Shown here: positions 23,101 to 31,106 of the stretch, in pieces
Position numbering within the stretch: the stretch's first letter is position 1
Layout of the letters: the number at the start of each line of letters is the position of its first letter
Assembly: GCA_001780955.1 (NCBI GenBank)
Contig: MFJR01000007.1
Location: 212,307-252,163, forward strand
Length of the DNA: 39,857 nucleotides
Origin: Candidatus Gottesmanbacteria bacterium RIFCSPLOWO2_01_FULL_39_12b
Lineage (GTDB): Bacteria > Patescibacteriota > Microgenomatia > 2-02-FULL-39-11
Reading direction: 5' to 3'
The notes under the pieces: model-generated
What the model was told of the DNA's origin: nothing
The model's database searches: none
Seen by the model: the letters and a program-made list of their open reading frames with translations, nothing else
Position numbers and translations under genes: made by a program

Positions 23101-23394
23101 AAGTCAGAATTTGTCTACAAAGTGTTCGAGAAGAAAAGTCCCAATGTTCTTGATATAATAAAGGAGAAAAAGGCAGATGTTGTATTCAATTTATCCGATC
23201 GAAGCGATATTGATATGAAAGCTTGGACGAAACAGATTACGGACGGTTATCTGATAAGACGGGCGGCAGTGGACGCTAATATCCCTCTTTTCACCAAATC
23301 TACCATCGCTAATTTGTACGTCACCAGCCTTTATAAATACAGTCTGGATAAACTAAGTATTAAATCGTGGGAGGAGTATGTTCATGAAAAATGA
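20143..23394 (+). CDS. carB: Carbamoyl-phosphate synthase large subunit
   Basis: [40 protein letters not shown], second ATP-grasp, C-terminal MGS domain. Confidence 0.98.
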   Translation: [1083 protein letters not shown]

Positions 23395-24322
23395 TTTCTT
23401 CGGAAAGGACGTGATTTCGGTTAATGATTATAGTCGAGAGGATCTTGAGTTACTGTTTAGCAGAACAAATGAGATGAAGAAGTTGGTTGAGGAAAGGGGT
23501 GGGGATGAAAGGCTAAAAAGGAAAATGATGGCAGCTTTGTTCTATGAACCTTCAAGCAGAACTTTTTCCTCTTTTATTTCCGCGATGCAAAGATTGGGAG
23601 GAGGTATTATCCCGCTAAATGGCATGACTAATACCTCGGTAGCAAAAGGAGAAACGCTTGAAGATACCGCTCGCGTATTTTCAGCATATGTTGATGTTTT
23701 AGTGATAAGACATTCCCAGGCCGGTTCGTTGGCTACTGCAGCAAAATATTGTTCAAAGCCCATAATTAATGCCGGTGAAGGCGCCACAGGAGAACATCCG
23801 ACTCAAGCATTCATTGATCTTTTTACTATTAAAAAGATATTTGGAAGAATTGAGGGCTTACATTTTCTAATAATTGGAGATTTGGCCCATTACCGGCCGA
23901 CTAATTCTCTAATGATGGCCTTAACTAATTTTAAAAATATAACTTTGACGCTTGCCACGCCAAAGCAAGTCCCGATCCAGGACTACGTAAGAAAGTTTTT
24001 GAAAGTTAGTAAGATTTCATTCAGTGAAACCAGCGAATTTGATAAGTTATTACCTGAGGTCGATGTATTATATGTAACCAGAGTAAAGAAAGAATATATG
24101 TCTGAATCACTTTATCGTGAGATACAAGGGAGTTACATTGTCAATAATTCATTAGTTAAAAAAATGAAGAAAAAAAGCCTCATTATGCACTGTTTGCCTA
24201 GAATTGACGAGATTGATAAAGAAGTAGATGACGACCCAAGATCAGTTTACTTTAGAGATCAACTTCAAAATGGACTATATGTAAGGATGGCTTTACTTGA
24301 TTTAGTACTTAATAAAGATTAA
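23384..24322 (+). CDS. pyrB: Aspartate carbamoyltransferase catalytic subunit
   Basis: FYEPSSRT, KGETLEDT, EHPTQA, MHCLPR. SD GGAGG at 23370-23374 favours ATG 23384. Confidence 0.95.
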   Translation: MKNDFFGKDVISVNDYSREDLELLFSRTNEMKKLVEERGGDERLKRKMMAALFYEPSSRTFSSFISAMQRLGGGIIPLNGMTNTSVAKGETLEDTARVFSAYVDVLVIRHSQAGSLATAAKYCSKPIINAGEGATGEHPTQAFIDLFTIKKIFGRIEGLHFLIIGDLAHYRPTNSLMMALTNFKNITLTLATPKQVPIQDYVRKFLKVSKISFSETSEFDKLLPEVDVLYVTRVKKEYMSESLYREIQGSYIVNNSLVKKMKKKSLIMHCLPRIDEIDKEVDDDPRSVYFRDQLQNGLYVRMALLDLVLNKD

Positions 24323-24323
24323 T

Positions 24324-24365
24324 TATATATTATTTTTTCGCGGCCGCTAACTAATTAATATATTT
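24324..24365. repeat. Intergenic quasi-palindrome with GCGGCCGC core, copy 1
   Basis: TATATATTA-TTTT-TTCGCGGCCGCTAAC-TAAT-TAATATAT; core 24337-24351 is the exact reverse complement of 26807-26821. Confidence 0.85.
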
Positions 24366-24370
24366 TAGAA

Positions 24371-25441
24371 ATGGGAAAGCTGCTTAGACTTCCAGGTCTT
24401 ATAGATATCCACGTTCATCTTCGTGATCCGGGACAAACCCATAAAGAAGATTTTTTAACCGGCACGTCTGCTGCATTGGCCGGTGGAGTGACAACTGTTT
24501 TTGACATGCCTAATAATAAAGAACCTATTTTCAGCTATGGGAGATTAAAAGAAAAGATAGAAATAGCAAAAAGGAAAGCTGTGTGTGATTGGGGGCTTTA
24601 TTTTGGGACGGATGGGCAAAATATCAAAGAATTCGAAAAAGTGGTAGATAAAGTAGTCGGTCTTAAAGTTTATTTAAATTTAACAACGGGAAAAATTTTA
24701 ATAGAAAATGAAAAATTAGTTGAGAAAGTCTTTAAATATTGGCCGAAAAATAAAATAATCGTTGTCCATGCAGAAGGAGAAAAGATTGATTTGGCAATAG
24801 GATTATGTAAAAAATATAATAACAAAATACATATAACTCATATTAGTAACAGACAAGATCTCGATAAAATACTCGAGGCAAAATTAAAAAAAATACCTGT
24901 AACTTGCGACGTAACGATTAACCATTTATTTTTAGATAAGCATGACGCTGATTTTTATAAAGACCTTCTTGTTATGAAACCATCTTTGCAAAATGAGGAC
25001 GAGGTAGATTATCTCTGGGAAAATTTACCAAGGATTGATTGTATTGCAACAGACCATGCACCTCATTTAGCTTCTGAGAAGAGATCGTTTGATCCACCTA
25101 CTGGTGTAACAGGAGTCGAAACAATGTTACCCCTCCTTTTGACAGCTGTAAAACAAAAGAGATTGACTATTAAAGAGATAGTGAGACTTACTAATACCGA
25201 CCCCCAAATAATATTTGGATACAAACAGGATAAAAATACTTATGTAGAGTTAGATCCTGAAGAAGAGTATAAGATAGACAACAAAAGACTCTTCACCAAA
25301 TGCGGCTGGAGTCCTTATCATGGATGGAAAGTATATGGAAAGGTAAAAAAAGTAATTCTTCGCGGAGAAAAAGTTTTTGAAGAAGGAAAAGTATTGATTA
25401 AACCTGGTTTCGGGCTAAACATTTGTTATAATAAAGTTTAA
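24371..25441 (+). CDS. pyrC: Dihydroorotase (CAD-like)
   Basis: LPGLIDIHVHLRDPG.THKED, AALAGG..DMPN, GLKVYLN, VHAE, HITHIS, IATDHAPH. Confidence 0.95.
   Translation: MGKLLRLPGLIDIHVHLRDPGQTHKEDFLTGTSAALAGGVTTVFDMPNNKEPIFSYGRLKEKIEIAKRKAVCDWGLYFGTDGQNIKEFEKVVDKVVGLKVYLNLTTGKILIENEKLVEKVFKYWPKNKIIVVHAEGEKIDLAIGLCKKYNNKIHITHISNRQDLDKILEAKLKKIPVTCDVTINHLFLDKHDADFYKDLLVMKPSLQNEDEVDYLWENLPRIDCIATDHAPHLASEKRSFDPPTGVTGVETMLPLLLTAVKQKRLTIKEIVRLTNTDPQIIFGYKQDKNTYVELDPEEEYKIDNKRLFTKCGWSPYHGWKVYGKVKKVILRGEKVFEEGKVLIKPGFGLNICYNKV
25424..25432 (+). promoter_or_regulatory. Putative extended -10 promoter of pyrD within the pyrC 3' end
   Basis: TGtTATAAT ending 10 nt before ATG 25443; no SD. Confidence 0.55.
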
Positions 25442-25442
25442 T

Positions 25443-26366
25443 ATGTATGATTTAAGTGTTAAGTTCTGCGGTGTGGGGTTTGGTAACCCCTTTATACTTC
25501 CTTCAGGTATCATCACTGAAATTCCTGAACATAAAAAAGCGATTGAGGCGGGTGTGGGTGGAGTAACTTTGAAATCCCTAACTTATGAAAGACGTGAAGG
25601 TAATCCACTGCCGAGAATATGGAAATATGATTGTGGCATGATTAATTCAGTGGGACTTAGAAACGCAGGGATTGAAAAGGGAAGTCAGGAGATAGCAAAA
25701 TTTTTATCCGAACACAAAGAAATTCCAATCATTGTCAGTCTGTTTGCCACGAAAATTAAAGAATTTTTATATCTGGTCGAAAAAATAGTTCCTCTTAACC
25801 CATCATTTATAGAGCTAAATCTTTCCTGTCCCAACGTGGATGACGAATTCGGGAAATCTCTTGGAATGGAAAAAGGGGCGGCCGGTGAAATTGTTAAATC
25901 AGTCAAGAAGATTTCCGGGAAAGTGCCGATTCTGGCTAAACTGTCACCTAACGTAAATGACATTGCCGATATTGCCAGGTCGTGTGAGGAGGCTGGAGTA
26001 GACGGAATCGTGGCGATTAATACGGTCGGTCCGGGAATGATCATTGACATCAATAAGAAAAAGCCGGTTTTGGGAGCAAAAAAAGGAGGCGTTTCCGGTC
26101 CGGGAATTTTGCCGGTCACTGTCAGATGTGTTTATGAAATTTATGAGGCAGTCAAAATTCCAATCATCGGTATGGGCGGCATAACCAAATGGCAGGATGT
26201 AGTTGAAGCGATGATGGCTGGAGCCACACTGGTTGGAGTAGGGACGGCTAGTTATTCTAAAGGTATGAAAGTATATGAGGATCTGAAACTAGGATTACAA
26301 GCGTATATGGGAAAAGAAGGCATTAAGAATCTCAAAGAATTAGTTGGAGCAGGGCACAAAAATTAA
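25443..26366 (+). CDS. pyrD: Dihydroorotate dehydrogenase class 1 (1B-like catalytic subunit)
   Basis: NSVGLRN, ELNLSCPN (catalytic Cys), AKLSPN, AINT, GGVSG, IIGMGGI. Confidence 0.95.
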   Translation: MYDLSVKFCGVGFGNPFILPSGIITEIPEHKKAIEAGVGGVTLKSLTYERREGNPLPRIWKYDCGMINSVGLRNAGIEKGSQEIAKFLSEHKEIPIIVSLFATKIKEFLYLVEKIVPLNPSFIELNLSCPNVDDEFGKSLGMEKGAAGEIVKSVKKISGKVPILAKLSPNVNDIADIARSCEEAGVDGIVAINTVGPGMIIDINKKKPVLGAKKGGVSGPGILPVTVRCVYEIYEAVKIPIIGMGGITKWQDVVEAMMAGATLVGVGTASYSKGMKVYEDLKLGLQAYMGKEGIKNLKELVGAGHKN

Positions 26367-26373
26367 TTTTGCT

Positions 26374-26793
26374 ATGAGCTGGATTATTTACTCATTTATC
26401 GCAATTGGAGTTATCGGAATTTCAGATCTTTTTAGAAAATTAGCATCTCATTTACAGGACCCTTTTTTTACCAATCTTGTATTTCAAATAGCATCAGTAA
26501 CTACCGCAGTTATTTTATTTCTATTATTTAGCAGGAAAATAGAAGATAATCCGCGTGACATCATCTATGCAGTTCTGGGCGGAATGAGCATTTCACTATT
26601 TTCTCTGATTTCATTTAAAGCTCTTTCTACCGGGCCAGGAGTATCTGTGGTCATACCGGTTCTAAGAATCGGAGGTATTGCATTAGTTGTTGTTCTCGGA
26701 ATATTTTTACTGAAGGAAAAATTAACTCTCCAAACGATTCTTGGTCTCCTTTTTTCTGCAATCGGAATTTATTTATTGTATTCCAACAAATAA
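26374..26793 (+). CDS. Single-domain EamA/DMT-family small membrane transporter
   Basis: About five hydrophobic segments, FKALSTGP.VSVVIP, FLLKEKL..ILG. ATG 26374 preferred. Confidence 0.8.
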   Translation: MSWIIYSFIAIGVIGISDLFRKLASHLQDPFFTNLVFQIASVTTAVILFLLFSRKIEDNPRDIIYAVLGGMSISLFSLISFKALSTGPGVSVVIPVLRIGGIALVVVLGIFLLKEKLTLQTILGLLFSAIGIYLLYSNK

Positions 26794-26836
26794 ATATATA
26801 TTATTTGTTAGCGGCCGCGAATGAATTAATATATAT
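26794..26836. repeat. Intergenic quasi-palindrome with GCGGCCGC core, copy 2 (inverted)
   Basis: ATATATATTATTT-GTTAGCGGCCGCGAA-TGAATTAATATATAT. Confidence 0.85.
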
Positions 26837-26851
26837 TCATAAAAGAATAAG

Positions 26852-27718
26852 ATGTATTTTAGATCTAAACTAGACAATATAGTAAAAAAGAATAACAGCC
26901 TCCTTTGCGTAGGACTGGATAGTGATATCGATAAACTTCCAATATCTATCCGTAATGGTGAGCACCCCCAGTCAACTTTCAACAGAGCGATTATCGAAGC
27001 GACACACGATCTGGTATGTGCCTTTAAACCTAATACGGCCTTTTACGAATCAAGAGGAAAAGCAGGTATAGAAGCGCTAAAAACGACCTGCGATTTTTTA
27101 AAAGAAACCTACCCGGATATTATAATTATTCTTGATGCTAAACGGGCAGATATTGGGAATACCAACGAAGGATATGTGCAGTTTGCCTTTGACTATTTAG
27201 GAGCAGATGCCATAACACTTCATCCATATTTGGGAAAAGAAGCATTAAAACCATTTTTGGATAGGAAAGATAAAGGATTTTTCATTCTTTGCCGAACGTC
27301 TAATCCGGGAGCAGGGGAGTTTCAAGACTTGCTGCTAAGCAAGTCGCAGCCCTCCGACTCGGCCTTCGCAGCCGCTTCGGCGAAGGAGGGCACACCACTC
27401 TACCAAATAGTAGCAGAACACGTAGTTCAAGACTGGAATTACAACGGAAACTGCGGATTGGTTGTGGGAGCTACCTACCCTAACGAACTAGAGATTGTGC
27501 GACGTATTGCAAAAGATCTACCGCTATTGATTCCAGGAATTGGCGCTCAAGGCGGAGACACGGAAAAAACCGTAAAAGCCGGAGTTGACAATGATGGTCA
27601 AAATACCATCATAAATTCTTCCCGCGGCATAATTTTCGCTTCAGAAGGTGAAAATTTTGCAGAAAAATCAAGAGTTGAAGCGGAAAAATTAAGAGACGAT
27701 ATAAATAAATTCAGATAG
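26852..27718 (+). CDS. pyrF: Orotidine-5'-phosphate decarboxylase (subfamily 2)
   Basis: LCVGLD, FKPNTAFYE, DAKRADIGNT, RTSNP, VVGAT, PGIGAQGG, NSSR. Confidence 0.96.
   Translation: MYFRSKLDNIVKKNNSLLCVGLDSDIDKLPISIRNGEHPQSTFNRAIIEATHDLVCAFKPNTAFYESRGKAGIEALKTTCDFLKETYPDIIIILDAKRADIGNTNEGYVQFAFDYLGADAITLHPYLGKEALKPFLDRKDKGFFILCRTSNPGAGEFQDLLLSKSQPSDSAFAAASAKEGTPLYQIVAEHVVQDWNYNGNCGLVVGATYPNELEIVRRIAKDLPLLIPGIGAQGGDTEKTVKAGVDNDGQNTIINSSRGIIFASEGENFAEKSRVEAEKLRDDINKFR
27349..27391. repeat. GC-rich degenerate palindromic element in frame within pyrF
   Basis: Arms GCCCTCC/GGAGGGC and CCTTCGC/GCGAAGG; encodes PSDSAFAAASAKEG. Confidence 0.8.
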
Positions 27719-28733
27719 AGCATTTAATCAGAATTTTTCCGAAGGCTTTCTGTTGATCGAATTTATATAATGCTTCCTTTGTCTTCTCTAGAGGATATAT
27801 AGAATCAATAACCGGTTTAATGGTATCTTTCTGCAACAGTTTTATAACTTCTCTCAGATCATTAACTGTTCCTCCATATGACCCAAGAATGTTGGTTTGC
27901 CTGGAAAAAGCGCTTGCCAAATTTACCGATCCCGGATCGTCAAGGGTAGTTGAACAGAAAACCATCGTCCCGTTTTTAGCAAGCAACTCAATACCTTTTG
28001 ACCAGACGTTTCCGCCCATGATGTCTATGACATAATCAACTCCGTTGGATGAAATATTTTTTACCTCGTTTATTAAATTATTGGTTTTTACCACTTCATC
28101 GGTCCCTAATTCTTTTAATTTTTTGACTTTTGAGTTATGGTTTGTGGCACAAATAACTTTACATTTTCGCTCTTTCAAAAGTTGTGCCGCAGATGTTCCG
28201 ACTCCTCCTGTTGCGCCCGTAACTAAGACAGTCGCGTGATTTTTTATATTGGCGCGTTTAATCATGTGATAGGCGGTTATTGTAGATAAAACGGATGCAG
28301 AAACTAATTTGGAAGATAAATAGGAGGGTATTTTTACGAGATTTTTGACCGGTACGGAAACAAATTCTGCAAACCCTCCCCATCTTGTCCGTCCGAAGGT
28401 GCCTCCGTTATCACAGATATTTTCGTTTCCCCTCCTACACTGCTCACATTTTCCGCAGAAAGTCCAAGGATAAACCGCTACCCGATCGCCAATTTTAAAG
28501 TTTCGATCTTTTGAATTTATTTTAACAATTATTCCTATAAATTCAGACCCAAGAATATGGGGAAAAGTTTTCGGTCCCAGACGTTTGCCTTCGATTATCA
28601 GGAGGTCAAGATGATTGAGGCCGCAATACTCAACTTTTATCAACATCTCATTATTGTCTGGCTCGGGAATTGGAATATCCGTATAACGTAAATTGTTTAG
28701 ACTTCCTATTTTGTCCAAAACTACTGCTTTCAT
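27711..28733 (-). CDS. MDR-family (zinc-ADH-like) NAD(P)-dependent oxidoreductase
   Basis: GLNHLD, ILGSE, structural-Zn C-x2-C-x2-C-x7-C, VTGATGGVG, GKILI. Confidence 0.9.
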   Translation of the reverse strand: MKAVVLDKIGSLNNLRYTDIPIPEPDNNEMLIKVEYCGLNHLDLLIIEGKRLGPKTFPHILGSEFIGIIVKINSKDRNFKIGDRVAVYPWTFCGKCEQCRRGNENICDNGGTFGRTRWGGFAEFVSVPVKNLVKIPSYLSSKLVSASVLSTITAYHMIKRANIKNHATVLVTGATGGVGTSAAQLLKERKCKVICATNHNSKVKKLKELGTDEVVKTNNLINEVKNISSNGVDYVIDIMGGNVWSKGIELLAKNGTMVFCSTTLDDPGSVNLASAFSRQTNILGSYGGTVNDLREVIKLLQKDTIKPVIDSIYPLEKTKEALYKFDQQKAFGKILIKCSI

Positions 28734-28757
28734 AATTGAATTTATCTATTAGTTGTA

Positions 28758-28763
28758 TATAAT
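28758..28763 (+). promoter_or_regulatory. Putative -10 of leaderless pyrE transcript
   Basis: TATAAT 7 nt before ATG 28771; TTGAAT at 28736-28741; no SD. Confidence 0.55.
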
Positions 28764-28770
28764 ATCATAT

Positions 28771-29403
28771 ATGACAAGTGATGATGTTTTGGCAATATTT
28801 AAAAAAACCGGCGGCTATATTACCGGTAGTCACATCGTTTATACTTCCGGGAAACACGGCGAGGCATATCTGAATAAAGATGCCATTTACCCGCACGTAG
28901 CGGAAATTTCGGCAATCTGTGAAGAAATAGCCAAACGATTTCAGGATAAAAATATTGATGTGGTGGCAGCTCCGGCTTTGGGAGGAATTATTTTGTCCCA
29001 ATGGACGGCTTACCACCTGTCAAATATTACTAAAAGGGAAATCCTGGGAGTTTATACCGAGAAAACTCCTGACAAGAATCAAATATTTACCCGCGGATAT
29101 GATGCTTTGGTGAAGGGTAAGAGAGTTTTGATAGTTGAGGATATTACAACAACCGGCGGATCGGTAATCAAAGTAATAAATAGCGTTAAAAATGCCGGTG
29201 GTGAAATTATAGCCGTGTGCGTTTTGGTAAATCGCGACCCGGTAAATATTAATTCTCAATCAATCGGAGCCCCATTTTATCCTCTGGCAGAGGTAAAAAT
29301 GCAAGCTTGGATCGAGTCGGATTGTCCGTTATGTCAAAAAGGAGTACCAATAAATACCACAGTGGGTAAGGGAAGAGAATATTTTAAAAAAACTGCCTCT
29401 TGA
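28771..29403 (+). CDS. pyrE: Orotate phosphoribosyltransferase
   Basis: HIVYTSGKH, PALGG, PRPP motif VLIVEDITTTGGS, C-terminal CPLC; pyr context. Confidence 0.92.
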   Translation: MTSDDVLAIFKKTGGYITGSHIVYTSGKHGEAYLNKDAIYPHVAEISAICEEIAKRFQDKNIDVVAAPALGGIILSQWTAYHLSNITKREILGVYTEKTPDKNQIFTRGYDALVKGKRVLIVEDITTTGGSVIKVINSVKNAGGEIIAVCVLVNRDPVNINSQSIGAPFYPLAEVKMQAWIESDCPLCQKGVPINTTVGKGREYFKKTAS

Positions 29404-29429
29404 AAATATAGGGTACAATTTGTTATCCT
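29400..29429 (+). promoter_or_regulatory. Putative promoter of leaderless pyrG transcript
   Basis: TTGAAA, 18 bp spacer, TGtTATCCT ending 5 nt before ATG 29435. Confidence 0.5.
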
Positions 29430-29434
29430 AAAAC

Positions 29435-31096
29435 ATGCCACTCAAATATATATTCGTTTCAGGCGGGGTAATTTCAGGCCTTGGAAAGGGCATTTCTTCG
29501 GGTTCAATTGCATTTCTCCTTCAGTCAGCCGGATTTCGAGTAACTCTGGTAAAATGTGAAAATTATCTCAATATTGATGCCGGTACAATTAATCCCATAG
29601 AGCACGGAGATCCTTTCCTGTGTGAAGACGGAACAGAAGCTGATATGGATATCGGCACCTACGAAAAGTTTTTGGACAAGAATATGCACAGGCATAATTT
29701 TGTGACCATGGGTCAGGTTTATAAGACCGTAATAGACCGAGAGAGAAGGTTTGAGTACAACGGAGAAGATGTTGAAGCCATTCCTCATATAACCAATGAA
29801 ATTACCGACAGGATTAACAAGGCGGCAGAAACAGATCGCGCTCAGATTGTGATTGTTGAGTTGGGTGGAACGGTAGGAGAATATCAAAATCTTTTCTATT
29901 ATGAAGCGGCAAGAATTTTAACTTTAAAACGCCCCAAAGATGTTATCCATGTACACGTCAGTTATTTGCCTACTCCTTCACACTTAGGTGAACCTAAAAC
30001 TAAACCTACACAGCAGTCTGTAAGAGCCTTGAATTCGGCAGGTATTCAGCCTGATTTTATTGTAGCAAGAAGCGAAAAGCCTCTGGACAAAAGGCGGCGC
30101 GACCGTTTTTCTCTTTTCTGCAATATGCGGCCGGAGGATATTATCTCAAGTCCTGACGCCGAGACAGTTTATGAAGTACCGTTACAGTTTCATGCGCAGG
30201 GATTGTTGCAGAAAATCTGCCAGAAACTTTCCCTAAGTTATAAAGATCCTGATCTTGGGAAATGGGAACTACTTATCGGAAAAATAAAAGCCAAAAAGGA
30301 CAGGAAGATTACTATCGCAATAGTAGGTAAGTATTTTGCCACCGGCGAATATCAGCTCCGCGATTCTTATGCGGCTTTGATGGATGCAATCGACCACGCC
30401 TCGTGGGCGTTAGGTGTGAAAGTAAATACTAACTGGATTGATGCTGAGAAAGTAGAAAAAGAGGGAATTGAAAAATATGTGGATCAAAATATAAACGGAC
30501 TTATTGTTCCAATTGGTTGGGGAGAAAGAGGTGCTGAAGGAATGATTAAGGCTGCCGGTTGGGCCCGTAACAATAAAGTACCATACTTAGGGCTTTGCTA
30601 TGGAATGCAGCTTGCCGTGATTTCTTTTGCGCGAGATATTTTAGGCTGGCGCGATGCAAATACTACTGAGAATGATAAAAAGACTACTCATCCGGTGATT
30701 CATCTGATGCCGGCGCAAAAACAGTTTATGGAGAGGCGATCTTACGGCGGAACGATGCGTCTGGGGGCTTGGAAGGCAATTGTAAAAAAAGATACGATTG
30801 CCTGGGGATCTTATGAAAAATACAATCAATTTATCGATAAATCAAAAGGGCTAACTTCCGAACGTCACCGACACAGGTACGAATTCAATGATGCCTATGC
30901 TAAAAATTTTGATAATAAAGGCCTTATTATTGCAGCGCGTAGCGTAGTTGAAAACCTGGTTGAAATAGTAGAACTGCCTAAATCAGTCCATCCGTTTTAT
31001 TTAGGAACCCAGGGTCATCCCGAATATAAGAGCCGTCCGCTATCCCCGCATCCCATTTTTCTGGAGTTTCTTGAAGCTTGTATTAATAAGAAATAA
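29435..31096 (+). CDS. pyrG: CTP synthase
   Basis: GGVISGLGKG, ELGGTVG, KTKPTQQS, GLCYGMQ, GGTMRLG, ERHRHRYE, QGHPE. Confidence 0.98.
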   Translation: MPLKYIFVSGGVISGLGKGISSGSIAFLLQSAGFRVTLVKCENYLNIDAGTINPIEHGDPFLCEDGTEADMDIGTYEKFLDKNMHRHNFVTMGQVYKTVIDRERRFEYNGEDVEAIPHITNEITDRINKAAETDRAQIVIVELGGTVGEYQNLFYYEAARILTLKRPKDVIHVHVSYLPTPSHLGEPKTKPTQQSVRALNSAGIQPDFIVARSEKPLDKRRRDRFSLFCNMRPEDIISSPDAETVYEVPLQFHAQGLLQKICQKLSLSYKDPDLGKWELLIGKIKAKKDRKITIAIVGKYFATGEYQLRDSYAALMDAIDHASWALGVKVNTNWIDAEKVEKEGIEKYVDQNINGLIVPIGWGERGAEGMIKAAGWARNNKVPYLGLCYGMQLAVISFARDILGWRDANTTENDKKTTHPVIHLMPAQKQFMERRSYGGTMRLGAWKAIVKKDTIAWGSYEKYNQFIDKSKGLTSERHRHRYEFNDAYAKNFDNKGLIIAARSVVENLVEIVELPKSVHPFYLGTQGHPEYKSRPLSPHPIFLEFLEACINKK

Positions 31097-31106
31097 CAAA
31101 TAGTTA

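Noticed and set aside
24324-26836. Integron attC sites, CRISPR repeats or cloning NotI linkers
   Set aside because: There are only two copies, no RYYYAAC..GTTRRRY pair within a site, and no integrase or cas gene. The AT-rich flanks are homologous but diverged, unlike synthetic linkers.
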